Origin: Candidatus Latescibacterota bacterium
GTDB taxonomy: Bacteria; Latescibacterota; UBA2968; GCA-2709665
DNA length: 64,000 nucleotides
NCBI GenBank assembly: GCA_965219455.1
Contig: OZ244744.1
Coordinates: 3,200,001-3,264,000, forward strand
Reading direction: 5' to 3'
Shown: positions 50,514-60,707 of the stretch, in pieces
How the letters are laid out: every line of letters begins with the position of its first letter
Numbering within the stretch: position 1 is the first letter of the stretch
Notes under the pieces: model-generated
Told to the model about the DNA's origin: nothing
What the model saw: only the letters and a program-made list of their open reading frames with translations
Databases searched by the model: none
Translations under genes and position numbers: made by a program

Positions 50514-52493
50514 TTATACGAAAACCCTGTTCGCAATGGTTCCAGTGAAATAGTCCACGATGGCCCACACACCCGCACCTGTCGCCTCTCCCAGAATAAT
50601 CCCCATGAAAAACGGCCGGGTTCTACGGTAAAGCCTCGCCCCTCCGAATTTCAACACGGTCGCCTTCATCCCCCAGGCCAGGAATACACTGAAAAAATAG
50701 GTATCCGTGTACCAGATCGTACTCAAAGGCAGCGCCACCGGGTGTAGAGGCCACCATCTAAGGCGCATTCTCAGCAGGGTTAACAGACCCGCAACCCCCA
50801 TGCCGAGTCCGGTATAAAGCAGCCCTTTCGTGAATACGGGACTCGGCTCCAGCATGCGCGTCCCCACAAAGGCATCGAAAGGGATGCGCGAATAATCGCG
50901 GAAGTGCCGGTCCAGGTTCAGGCCGCCGCGCGCATAGCCCAGGTCCAGCGTTATCGCGCTTGCCGTAATCAGCCCAACCGCCATCGCCGCGCCCATCGCC
51001 CAGATCATGCCGCGTTTGCGCCTCATCTCACTCGACAGCCACAGAGCCCCCAGAGCGCGGGGCATCACATTGCTGACCCGCGTCATTGTCCAGGCGTAGC
51101 TGAACCCGAGCGTCACGAGCCCCGCCGGGCTGAACGCAGAGGAACCCGTCGCGCAGACCACAAACTCCGCGGGGTTGATCGGCGAATACGTGGCCACGAA
51201 TCCCGTCTCGCTCACAATCCGGGCCAGTACAAAAAACACCACGATACAGGAAAAAAACAGAAACAGAATCAGAGCGACTGAAATTCCCGCCTGGTTCAGC
51301 CAGCACCCGAGATACACCAGCCCCGCCAGGGCCCCGAGAACAGCCGCCCGGTAGGAAATGACTTCATCGGAATCGTCGGCATTCGACGGCCTTCCCAGCG
51401 CACTGGCGAAAACCCCCCGCAGGTGGCCCCTTGCGGTCCACGCGCTGTAGGCGGCCAGCACCAGCATATACCCCATCCCCGTCAATGCCAGAAACGACGA
51501 GCCCCGGGAACTGAACCGACCCACCATCCCGGATACATCCGAATACTCAGCGCCCACGACCGCCAACATCCCCCGGATGACCTTGGAGATCACGTTGAAC
51601 AGCCAGATGCTCAGGCTAACGTCCAGATTCACAAAGTATGAATACCCGAGAATGGCAAAGTGCAGCCGGAGGGGCAATGAGGTCGTTCCCTGAAAGATCC
51701 GGAGCATCGTCCCCATCCGGATTCTGGGCAACGTATGGAAATAGTGATTCAGCCCATTGAACATACCGATCAGGAAGGGAATCGAAAACCCCGCCCACGT
51801 CAGCCGGTTCCTGAACAGGGGACCCAACCGCCCACTTCCCGTTTCCGCCATCTCCAACGGAACCTGCAGAATCGGGAATGCAAACCGCTCGTGTTCCTCC
51901 CACTGCCTTCGAAAAATCACGGCGATGCATATCAGCACCCCGAACAATACCAGGAAAAACGAACCCCAACTCGCCAGAGGGGCCAGCCAGTCCAGCCAGG
52001 GCAGGGGAACATTCCGCGGAATACCCTCGTAGAACCCCCGCACGGCCTCGGCGTTCCGGGGGGCCGTCCACGGGAGAACATGGGGCAGCACCGCCTCCAG
52101 ATCGGGACGCTCCGGAGAAGCGTAGTAGGTCATGCCGGTCAGAAAGGCGATCAGCCATTTGACCATCCACAGGGTGGGCATCGACACAAGAAGCATCGAA
52201 AAGATGCACAGGAGTTCTCCCCGCTTGAGTGTGTGCTCTGGCTTCAGGACGACGTTTACAAGAAGGATCAGACACAGAAAAACAAACAGGACGCCTCGAT
52301 CCACAAAATAGAAATGGAGAGACGTGCCCTGGATCACCATGCGGTTGTACGGGATCGCCACTGCCAGAAAGAGGCAAAGGGCAAGCCCGATCAGGAATGC
52401 CCGACCCGTCAGTCCGTCCCGCACATCCTCCCCTGACATCCTGCGTTCGCCAGGGGTTCGACCTCGCAGACCTTCCGCCCGGACGTCGGCCAT
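50514..52493 (-). CDS. DUF6785/DUF6784-like multi-pass membrane protein, paralog 1
   Basis: RAFLIG, GELL, QWEEHERFAFP, RIVSETG, WWPLHP, RPFFMG; more than 12 hydrophobic segments. Confidence 0.8.
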   Translation of the reverse strand: MADVRAEGLRGRTPGERRMSGEDVRDGLTGRAFLIGLALCLFLAVAIPYNRMVIQGTSLHFYFVDRGVLFVFLCLILLVNVVLKPEHTLKRGELLCIFSMLLVSMPTLWMVKWLIAFLTGMTYYASPERPDLEAVLPHVLPWTAPRNAEAVRGFYEGIPRNVPLPWLDWLAPLASWGSFFLVLFGVLICIAVIFRRQWEEHERFAFPILQVPLEMAETGSGRLGPLFRNRLTWAGFSIPFLIGMFNGLNHYFHTLPRIRMGTMLRIFQGTTSLPLRLHFAILGYSYFVNLDVSLSIWLFNVISKVIRGMLAVVGAEYSDVSGMVGRFSSRGSSFLALTGMGYMLVLAAYSAWTARGHLRGVFASALGRPSNADDSDEVISYRAAVLGALAGLVYLGCWLNQAGISVALILFLFFSCIVVFFVLARIVSETGFVATYSPINPAEFVVCATGSSAFSPAGLVTLGFSYAWTMTRVSNVMPRALGALWLSSEMRRKRGMIWAMGAAMAVGLITASAITLDLGYARGGLNLDRHFRDYSRIPFDAFVGTRMLEPSPVFTKGLLYTGLGMGVAGLLTLLRMRLRWWPLHPVALPLSTIWYTDTYFFSVFLAWGMKATVLKFGGARLYRRTRPFFMGIILGEATGAGVWAIVDYFTGTIANRVFV

Positions 52494-52604
52494 CCCTTAC
52501 GTCCTCTTTATTAGATTTCGACGTAATCCGAAGGCGTACTCGGTACCCCGCGCGCCTCAACCGCCACACTCCCATCGCCTTGCCGCCATCCCGGCACCCG
52601 CGGT

Positions 52605-53576
52605 CTACAGAATCTGGTTACGCAGTTCCGCCTCACCACGCCAAAGCCGTTCCAGGTTCTCCAACAGAATATCGATTGTATTCTCCTCGTACATCCGGGT
52701 CTGGCCCGCGGTGTGGGGCGTGATCACCACATTCTCCAGGTCCCAAAATGGCGAGTCCTCCGGCAGCGGCTCGTCCCACAAAACGTCGATCCCGGCGCCC
52801 TCAATCGACCCGCTGCGCACCGCTTCCAGCAGCGCCGGCTCATCAACGCACCTGCCCCGAGCCACATTGATCAGACACGAAGAGCTCTTCATCGCAGACA
52901 GGGCCTCCGCGTCGATAATTTTCTCCGTCTCCGGCGTCAGCGGACAGGTCAAGACGACGTAGTCCGCCTGCGGCAGCAGGTCCCGCAGCCGGTCCGGCGT
53001 ATGCACTTCGTCCGCCGGTCCCAGGGCGGTCGCCGGGTTGCGCTTCGTGGCGAGGACACGCATATCAAATGCCTTGGCCAGCGCTGCCAGCCTGGAGCCG
53101 ATACCTCCCATCCCCACGATCAGCATCGTCTTTCCACCCAGTTCGTCCTCTCGCCGCGACAGGTCCGAGATCATCCCGCGCCAATGGCGCCGGCGCTGGT
53201 TGTCCCGTCCGGTGTGGATGTGTCGGGCAAACGCCAGAATAAGCGCCATCGCGTGCTCACTCACGGCATTCGTGTTCACGCCCTGAGAACTGGTAAGCCG
53301 GATGCCCCGTGTCCTCAACTCATCCAATGGAAACACGTCGTACCCCGCGCCGATTGATTGGATCAACCGGAGCCGCGGCGCGAGGTCGAGCAGACCGTTG
53401 CGCCAGAATCCGTAACCCACGAACACGACAACCTCTCCGATTCGCTCGGTTACCTCATCCGGCGTCCACGCCTGGTAGTGGCTGATACCGGATTCACGAT
53501 TCTCAAACCTGGCCGCCATCTGATAGGTACCGGCAAAACAGATGGTGACCTTATCTTTTGACGGAAAATCACGCAA
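52605..53576 (-). CDS. D-2-hydroxyacid dehydrogenase
   Basis: GMGGIG, NVARG, EPLP, TPH; TTG start with AGGAG RBS overlapping the upstream gene end. Confidence 0.9.
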   Translation of the reverse strand: MRDFPSKDKVTICFAGTYQMAARFENRESGISHYQAWTPDEVTERIGEVVVFVGYGFWRNGLLDLAPRLRLIQSIGAGYDVFPLDELRTRGIRLTSSQGVNTNAVSEHAMALILAFARHIHTGRDNQRRRHWRGMISDLSRREDELGGKTMLIVGMGGIGSRLAALAKAFDMRVLATKRNPATALGPADEVHTPDRLRDLLPQADYVVLTCPLTPETEKIIDAEALSAMKSSSCLINVARGRCVDEPALLEAVRSGSIEGAGIDVLWDEPLPEDSPFWDLENVVITPHTAGQTRMYEENTIDILLENLERLWRGEAELRNQIL

Positions 53577-54486
53577 CTTTGTCTTCTCCTGAAAGAACCG
53601 AGGAGACTTTACTCGGAGTTCCCACATCGCCGGGAGTAACCTTACTCGACTCGAGGACGGTCTGAATTTCATAAATGGACCCACGACGCTCGGCAGGGGG
53701 TAGCGGTACCCGGACGGGAACGTCGACCAGTCGGGGTTCGCGGGTCGGTTCACCGCGGAGAATTTTGCCGTTGAACTCCTCCCAGCTATTTATGGGCTGA
53801 ACCAGCGGCCAGGCATCTACCGCACAATACATACAGAGGAGGAGACGGCGAGGCTTGCCGGACGTATTCGGGGCGGAGCCATGCAGCATTCGGACGTGGT
53901 GGATGGAGATGCCGCCGGCATTGAGTTCGATCGGTACGGCGCGTTCGCCGGTGAAATCCGGTTCGGTGACCGCGCCGGCAAAGTGGCCGTTGAGGTGGTG
54001 GTCGTAGATGCGCCCCCTGTGAGATCCGGGAATGACCAACAGGCAGCCGTTTTCCCTGGTCATGTCGTCTATGGCGACGCCAACGGCGAGAAGATCGTCG
54101 TTGGTGTGGGGGTAGAACGCCCAGTCCTGATGCCATTCCACCGGGCTGCCCACCTCGGCGGATTTCATATTGAGCTTATCCCCGTTTGTCCGGATGTCCG
54201 GTCCGATGAGTTGCGCGGTGATGTCGAGGATCTTTTCGTGGCGCAGGCCCCGGGCGTACACGTCGTGCTGCCTGGACGGGTCGATGAGACGGCGCAACTG
54301 CGGGTTTTCAGGCGTATGGCCCGGTTCCAGGTCGAATACGGCGTCGGTTCTGGTGACCTGTCGAGACGCGTCAACGAACGCGTCCGTGACCCGGCGAAGT
54401 TCTCCGATCTCCGCTTGTGAGAGAACGTTCTCAAGTCCCAGATAGCCGTTGGCCCGGTAGAAGTCGATCTGTTTCTGAGTCAGCAT
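53569..54486 (-). CDS. Phytanoyl-CoA dioxygenase (PhyH) family Fe(II)/2OG oxygenase
   Basis: WHQD, ENGCL, PGSH, HGS, R. Confidence 0.92.
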   Translation of the reverse strand: MLTQKQIDFYRANGYLGLENVLSQAEIGELRRVTDAFVDASRQVTRTDAVFDLEPGHTPENPQLRRLIDPSRQHDVYARGLRHEKILDITAQLIGPDIRTNGDKLNMKSAEVGSPVEWHQDWAFYPHTNDDLLAVGVAIDDMTRENGCLLVIPGSHRGRIYDHHLNGHFAGAVTEPDFTGERAVPIELNAGGISIHHVRMLHGSAPNTSGKPRRLLLCMYCAVDAWPLVQPINSWEEFNGKILRGEPTREPRLVDVPVRVPLPPAERRGSIYEIQTVLESSKVTPGDVGTPSKVSSVLSGEDKVA

Positions 54487-54543
54487 GATTAGGACTCCTT
54501 TTGAATGAAGTGATCCGTTGATTATCAGGCAAGTTGTCGTGCA

Positions 54544-56514
54544 TTACAGCAGGGACATGTTTCCCACCTTTCCGGTGGCAAAGTCGATCAGGCTCCACGT
54601 GCCCAGACAGACCGCCTCACCCAGGATGATCCCGATGAAGAACGGCCTGGTTCTCCTGTACAAAGCCGCCCCGCCGAACTTCATCACCAGCGCCTTGATC
54701 CCCCACGCCAGAAAAACGCTGAAATAATAGTGCTCGGTCATCCAGATCGTACAGACCGGCAGGGCTACCGGGTGAAGGGGCCACCAGGGCAGCCGCATTC
54801 GGAGGACCATCAGAAGGGCGGCAACGCCCAGACCCAATCCGGTATATAGAAATCCTCTATAGAAGATCGGGCTCGGATCCAGCAGACGGCGTCCCACGTA
54901 TTCGTCGAACGGCAGGGCGGCGTCATTTACGTCGCGGAACCAGTAGTCGAGGTTTCGTCCCCCGTGCGCGTACCCGAGATCCAGAGTCGTATGGCTGGCG
55001 ACAACCAGGCCCACGGCCAGGGCCGCCCCCATCGCCCAGATCAGGCCCCGCGTCCTTCCCATTTCCCGAGCCAACCTGAGCGCCGCGGAAGCACGGGGCA
55101 TGATCGTATTCAGCCGGGTCATCGTCCAGAAGTAACTGAGCCCCGTGGTAACCAGACCCGTGGGACCGAACGCTGAAGAACCGACCGCACAGACCACGAA
55201 CTCCGACGGATTCAGCGGAGAGTAGGTTGCGGCATAGCCTGTCTCGCTCACGATCCGTGCGAGGACGAGAAATACGACAAAGCAGGCGACAAACAGGAAT
55301 GCGATGACAGGCGGCGACAGGCCCGCCTGGTAGAGCCAGCATCCCAGATACAGCGCGCCCAACAGCACGCACGCCACCGCAGTCCGGTAGGGGACCACCT
55401 CCTCCGAATCGTCCAGACCCGACGCGCGGCCCATAGTCTTTGCCCAAACAGCCTTCAAATGGCTCCGTGCAATCCACAGGCTGTACCCGGCCAGGGCTAT
55501 CATATATCCCATGCCCATAAACGCCAGGAATTCCGACCCCTGCGAGCTGTGCCGTCCCACCATCCCCGATACGCCGTATCGATCCGCCCCCAGCATTGCC
55601 ATCGCGCCGTTTATGCACTTCGCAATTACATTCAGGAGCCAGATGCTGAGACTCACGTCCAGATTCACGAAATAGGCATATCCGAAGAGGGCGAAGTTAA
55701 GGCGTATTGACAGTGGAATCGCCCGTCTGAAAATCCAGATCACCGCCCGCAAGCTCATCCGGGGAAGTGTGTGGAAGCGGCTGTGAAGCGCATTTATCGA
55801 ACCGACGGAAAACGGTATCGCAAATCCCGACCACATCATACGGCCGCGGAACAGCGGTCCTATCACACCTTCTCCGCGTTCGCCCATCGCCATGGGTACC
55901 TGGATGATCGGAAAGGCGAATCGCTCGTGTTCCTCCCATTGTTTTCTGAGCACCACCGCCAGGCAACCCAGTACCAGAAACAGCGCGACCAGAAAAGACC
56001 CCCAACTCCACAGGGGAACCACCCACGCCCACCAGGGAACCGATCCTCCTTTCGGCAATCCTTCGTACAGCCCTCTCACCGCCTCGACGTCCAGGACCGC
56101 CAGCCACGGATGTGAATAGGGGAGTACCGCCTCCAGGTGCCGCATTTCCGGCGAAGCGTAGTAGGTCACGCCGGTCATGAATCCAAGCAACGCCTTGGAC
56201 ATGGCCCACGCCGGCATCAGGAGCAGCATCATTGCATAGATGGCCAGCAACTCGCCCCGGCCCAGGGCGTAACGGCGTTTCAGCAGGCCCAACAAGGGAT
56301 TGAGAAGTACAACCACACAGAAAAAGAGGAACAGCACGCCCCGGTCCAGGAAGTACCAGCCCATAAACGGCCCCTGGACCACCATCCGGTTGTAGGTCAG
56401 CCAGACCCCCAGAAAGGCGCACAGCCCGAGTCCGATCAGGAACGCCCGGAGCGATAGCCCGTCTCTGGCCTTCATCCGGCTATCCGACATGTCCAGTCCG
56501 GCTGTCTGAGCCAT
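54544..56514 (-). CDS. DUF6785/DUF6784-like multi-pass membrane protein, paralog 2
   Basis: Same motif set as paralog 1; start uncertain (ORF open to 56553). Confidence 0.8.
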   Translation of the reverse strand: MAQTAGLDMSDSRMKARDGLSLRAFLIGLGLCAFLGVWLTYNRMVVQGPFMGWYFLDRGVLFLFFCVVVLLNPLLGLLKRRYALGRGELLAIYAMMLLLMPAWAMSKALLGFMTGVTYYASPEMRHLEAVLPYSHPWLAVLDVEAVRGLYEGLPKGGSVPWWAWVVPLWSWGSFLVALFLVLGCLAVVLRKQWEEHERFAFPIIQVPMAMGERGEGVIGPLFRGRMMWSGFAIPFSVGSINALHSRFHTLPRMSLRAVIWIFRRAIPLSIRLNFALFGYAYFVNLDVSLSIWLLNVIAKCINGAMAMLGADRYGVSGMVGRHSSQGSEFLAFMGMGYMIALAGYSLWIARSHLKAVWAKTMGRASGLDDSEEVVPYRTAVACVLLGALYLGCWLYQAGLSPPVIAFLFVACFVVFLVLARIVSETGYAATYSPLNPSEFVVCAVGSSAFGPTGLVTTGLSYFWTMTRLNTIMPRASAALRLAREMGRTRGLIWAMGAALAVGLVVASHTTLDLGYAHGGRNLDYWFRDVNDAALPFDEYVGRRLLDPSPIFYRGFLYTGLGLGVAALLMVLRMRLPWWPLHPVALPVCTIWMTEHYYFSVFLAWGIKALVMKFGGAALYRRTRPFFIGIILGEAVCLGTWSLIDFATGKVGNMSLL

Positions 56515-56549
56515 TCGTTCGACATCTCCGGATTGTGTTGGGTAAGCGC

Positions 56550-58571
56550 TCAACTCTCGATTTGCATATGAATTGCCAGGAGATCACAATCCCCCGGAAT
56601 GTCCAGCGGAATGCGCATCGCGTCTTCTTCGGCCAACGTCAGGCGGTCGCTCCAGTCCTCACCGGACCAGAGTTCGCGGACGTTCCGCACGGTCTGCCCT
56701 TCCGGAAGGCTGATTTCCAGGGACGTCCGGCATCTCACCGGCGTATACGGGAAAAGGACCGCCAGCAGGGAACCGGTGTCCCCGACCATGGGCAACAGTT
56801 CGATGGTGGGCACGGCGCGCCGGTCTGACGGCCGCAACGTTCGGTAGTCGTCCACGGGAGGGAAGGGGTCCAGCCGCGCCAACGGCCTGCGGCCCGCGAT
56901 CCAGAGGATCAGCCTGCGCAGCAGTTCCACGTTGGACGTCTCCTCGAGCGAAGACTTGCCGGGTACGGTCCCCGTGTAGTTTACAGCCGGCATGCCCGCA
57001 AGCCAGGCCTCCCGCCGCTCCCCATCCTCCGTGAGCACGAGTGCCGGCCGGCCATCCACCGTCCCCAACACCTGTCCGTCCGGACAAGGACCATTTACGC
57101 GGGTACTGAGGATCACCGGGTGCTCCAGGCCGTCTGTCAGTGGATGATCGCCCTGAAGGTCGAGTTCAAAGACCCCCGACTCAATCGCGCAAGGCAGCTT
57201 GCATGGGCCGCTGCCTGCCCACGGGGTGGCCGGCCTGTTGCCGATCCAGAGGAGCCCTTCTCCGCGTTCGGCAACCGCGTTGACACAATCGAGTTGGAAT
57301 TGCGTGAGGCAATGCACCTCGGGCAGGATCACCGGTCCCTTCAGCTGGTCGCCCACGTCGTCCAGGCGCTGATCCCAGAACCAACGCCACGGCAGGCCGG
57401 TCCGGTAGACCATATCGACCATCGGAACCAAGCCTTGATGCCCCCAGTTCGAATCGTAGTGGCCGGTGATCTCGGATTGCTGGGGCATCATCATTGTGGC
57501 GAAGCTGTAAGGTCGGTGGGACGCGAACATCGGAAGGAGTCGCCGGGACTCATCGAACGCCTCGAAAAAACCCGGGATGATCTTCATCTGCTCGTACGTA
57601 AACGGCATCACCAGGTCTGCTCCGAGCGCAAACGGCACCACGCCGGCAAGCAGACCGTCCTGCCTGCCCATCGGCACGGCCTGGGCTGGCGGCATGAAGC
57701 CCTGTGGATAGATATCCACCTGCCGATCCATGCATGCGCCCATCAGGCTTCTCGTCGTCTCCGAAAGGATCCTGCGGTGAGGCCGGTGCAGGATGAGGTC
57801 GTCGTGATTGAAATGATAGGGATCCGTGGCGATAACATCCTGTGAACGGGCATCCCGGGCAAGGCAGACGGCCGTCTGCCAGGCATTGTAAGTCCGCTCA
57901 GGCCTGGCGGGACTGTGCTGTATCCCCACGGCGACGTCCGGCCGGACATCCTTGATTGCCCGCCGAAATTCCGAGTGTACCGCCTCCCAATTGTCGAACC
58001 GGAATTCCAGCCACGCGTACCACAGAGGGTCGTCCCAATCCGCCGACCTCGGCGGATCGGATCCCGTGCGCTCCCGGAATCCAGCCTGGCAGAATTCGCA
58101 GTAACAGCCGATTGTTCCGTCTCGGAATCCAAGACACGCCTCGTCGTTGAGGTGGATCTCCCGCGTCGCCCGCCACTTGCATATCTCCATCAGCAGGGAC
58201 AGGTAGTGGGTTTTGTTCTCGGGGCGAAAAGGGCACATCCACCGGACCCGCAATCCGTCCAGATCCAGTACTTCTCCATCGCCGACCATTTGCATCAGCC
58301 GGTGGGGTTCTTCCGCCACGAGGTGTTCGTTATACTTCATATACCCGGTAAAGGCGATCATGCCCAGGCCCCGTTCCTCGCACATCCGGGCAAGCCTCTC
58401 CGACTGCTCCAACGAAAAGCCCTGTTGTTTTATCGCCGGCGTGACCGCAACGCCTGCGCCCACGTCGGTGAACCCTTCATCGACAATCCGGTCGAGCGTC
58501 GCCTCGTTCAGCACGGCATCCGGAAAAAGCAGCAGTGCCGACCGGCGGAGCGTTCGGTTCTGGTCTGGCAT
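56550..58571 (-). CDS. Hypothetical glycoside-hydrolase-like TIM-barrel protein (GH42-like architecture)
   Basis: MCP, LNDE, CYCEFC, W..FR, TDPY, followed by a trimerisation/GATase-like region; AGGAG RBS. Confidence 0.6.
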   Translation of the reverse strand: MPDQNRTLRRSALLLFPDAVLNEATLDRIVDEGFTDVGAGVAVTPAIKQQGFSLEQSERLARMCEERGLGMIAFTGYMKYNEHLVAEEPHRLMQMVGDGEVLDLDGLRVRWMCPFRPENKTHYLSLLMEICKWRATREIHLNDEACLGFRDGTIGCYCEFCQAGFRERTGSDPPRSADWDDPLWYAWLEFRFDNWEAVHSEFRRAIKDVRPDVAVGIQHSPARPERTYNAWQTAVCLARDARSQDVIATDPYHFNHDDLILHRPHRRILSETTRSLMGACMDRQVDIYPQGFMPPAQAVPMGRQDGLLAGVVPFALGADLVMPFTYEQMKIIPGFFEAFDESRRLLPMFASHRPYSFATMMMPQQSEITGHYDSNWGHQGLVPMVDMVYRTGLPWRWFWDQRLDDVGDQLKGPVILPEVHCLTQFQLDCVNAVAERGEGLLWIGNRPATPWAGSGPCKLPCAIESGVFELDLQGDHPLTDGLEHPVILSTRVNGPCPDGQVLGTVDGRPALVLTEDGERREAWLAGMPAVNYTGTVPGKSSLEETSNVELLRRLILWIAGRRPLARLDPFPPVDDYRTLRPSDRRAVPTIELLPMVGDTGSLLAVLFPYTPVRCRTSLEISLPEGQTVRNVRELWSGEDWSDRLTLAEEDAMRIPLDIPGDCDLLAIHMQIES

Positions 58572-58652
58572 TACGTTCTCCCTCTCCTGTATACCTTGAT
58601 GATGAACCATCGGCCCTTGTCTTGCTTAATCAGCGTCCATCCCGGGGGCAAC

Positions 58653-60668
58653 TCACGATGAATTCCAGTAGCCCATAAACGGCCAGGTTTTGAGTCGCCC
58701 CGTAAAGGCGCTCACCACCGACCATCCCCCCGAGCACATGACTTCGCCGAGAATCATCCCGATAAAAAACGGACGCGCCTTCCGGTAGAGGTCCGCCCCG
58801 CCCACCCTCAGGATAACCGCCTTGATCCCCCACGCCAGAAACACGCTGAATCCGAACCAGTCCATGTACCATACCGTGCTCAGCGGAAGCGCGGCCGGAT
58901 GAAACGGCCACCAGGGCAGGCGCATCCGAAGCAGAATCAGGACAGCGGCAACCGCGGTGCCCAACGCCGTATAGAGAAAACCCATTTTGAAGACGGGGCT
59001 GGGTTCGAGAAGGCGCCGTCCGATAAACTCGTCGAATGGAGACGCGGCGTCGTTGACGTTGCTGAACCATGGGTAGTCGATGTTCACGCCCCCGTGCGTG
59101 TACCCAAGATTCAACGTCGTGAATCCCGTTGCCACCAACCCCAGGGCCAGCGCCGCCCCCATTGCCCAGACCAGTCCCCGCTTCCTTCCGATTTCACGCG
59201 CCAGCCGCAGGGCGCCCAGAGCGTGCGGCATCAGTGTGTTTCTGCGCGTCATCGTCCAAATGTAGCTGATTCCCAGGGTCGCCAGGCCCGCCGGACTGAA
59301 CGCCGAGGATCCCACCGCGCACACCACGAACTCAGACGGATTGATGGGTGAATACGTCGCAACAAAACCCGTCTCACTCACAATCCGGGCCATCACGAAA
59401 AAGACAGTGAGGCTGGAAACAAGCAGAAACACAACCAGCGGCGGCGCAATCCCCGACTGGTAGAGCCACAATCCGAGGTAGCTCACGCCCAGAACGATGC
59501 CCAGCACCGCCGTCCGGTACGGGATGATCTCATCCGAGTCCTTCAGGTGCGACGATCCGCCGCGGATCTTTGTCCACACGTGCCGCAGGTGGCCCCTGGC
59601 AACGTAAAGGCTGTACGCTGCCAGGGCCAGGATATACCCCATCCCCATCATCGCCAGGAACTCGGACCCTTGAGAACTGTAACGTCCCACGACCCCCGAC
59701 ACCCCCCAGGTCTGGCCCGCGCCAACCATCGCCAGCGCTCCCCGTACAACCTTGGTAATCAGGTTGATGACCCACAGGCTGAAACTTACGTCCAAATTGA
59801 TGAAATAGGAATACCCGAGCACGAGGAAATGGATTTTGAAAGGCAGAACCATCGTGCGCCGGAAGATCCGAACGTGTGTTCCCAGGTTGATAATTGGAAT
59901 ATTGGGAAAGTAATACCGCAGCCCCCGGAGCACGCCGACCAGAGCCGGAATCCCGAACCCGGCGGCCAGCAACCGGCTGCGGAACACAGGCGCAAGCCGG
60001 CCCTTTCCGGGCTCCAGCATCGCAAGCGGGACCTGCATCAGGGGAAACGCAAACCGCTCGTGCTCCTCCCATTGCCTCCGCATCAGCACGCCGATGCAAA
60101 CCAGTACGACGAAGAGTACGATCAGGAACGAGCCCCAGCTCCACAGCGGAAGAACCCAACCCAGCCACGGAATCGAACCCCCCTTCGGCAGGCCTTCGTA
60201 GAGATCCTTGACTGTCCCTTCCCCCTGCGGCACCAGCCACGGGAGCAGGTGAGGAGGCACGGCCTCGATATGACGCAACTCAGGCGTCGCGTGGTAGATC
60301 GTGCCGGTCGTATAGAGAATCACCGGCTTGGTCATCACCCAGGCGGGCAGGAGAATGAGAAACATGGTGTAAATGGCAAGTAGTTCGCCGCGCGAGAGGA
60401 CAAACCGCTTTTTGATCACGCCCAGCAACGGATTTGCGGCCACGACCAGGAGGAACAAGACGAACAGCGCGCCTCGGTCCATGTAATACCCGCCGCCCAG
60501 AAAGGAACCCTGGGTGATCATCCGGTTGTAGGTCAGGCCCAGGCACATCAGACCGCACAGAACGAGGCCGATTCCGAACGCTCGGGGCGTCAGACCGTCT
60601 CGCGCGGCAGTTTCGTTGCCAGGCGCCGGAATCGGAGGTTTCCGCTCTCTCGCCGGTGCGGTACCCAA
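58653..60668 (-). CDS. DUF6785/DUF6784-like multi-pass membrane protein, paralog 3
   Basis: Same motif set as paralogs 1 and 2. Confidence 0.8.
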   Translation of the reverse strand: MGTAPARERKPPIPAPGNETAARDGLTPRAFGIGLVLCGLMCLGLTYNRMITQGSFLGGGYYMDRGALFVLFLLVVAANPLLGVIKKRFVLSRGELLAIYTMFLILLPAWVMTKPVILYTTGTIYHATPELRHIEAVPPHLLPWLVPQGEGTVKDLYEGLPKGGSIPWLGWVLPLWSWGSFLIVLFVVLVCIGVLMRRQWEEHERFAFPLMQVPLAMLEPGKGRLAPVFRSRLLAAGFGIPALVGVLRGLRYYFPNIPIINLGTHVRIFRRTMVLPFKIHFLVLGYSYFINLDVSFSLWVINLITKVVRGALAMVGAGQTWGVSGVVGRYSSQGSEFLAMMGMGYILALAAYSLYVARGHLRHVWTKIRGGSSHLKDSDEIIPYRTAVLGIVLGVSYLGLWLYQSGIAPPLVVFLLVSSLTVFFVMARIVSETGFVATYSPINPSEFVVCAVGSSAFSPAGLATLGISYIWTMTRRNTLMPHALGALRLAREIGRKRGLVWAMGAALALGLVATGFTTLNLGYTHGGVNIDYPWFSNVNDAASPFDEFIGRRLLEPSPVFKMGFLYTALGTAVAAVLILLRMRLPWWPFHPAALPLSTVWYMDWFGFSVFLAWGIKAVILRVGGADLYRKARPFFIGMILGEVMCSGGWSVVSAFTGRLKTWPFMGYWNSS

Positions 60669-60707
60669 TGGTGAAATCCTCTACGGAAGAAGAATCGGCG
60701 TTATGAT

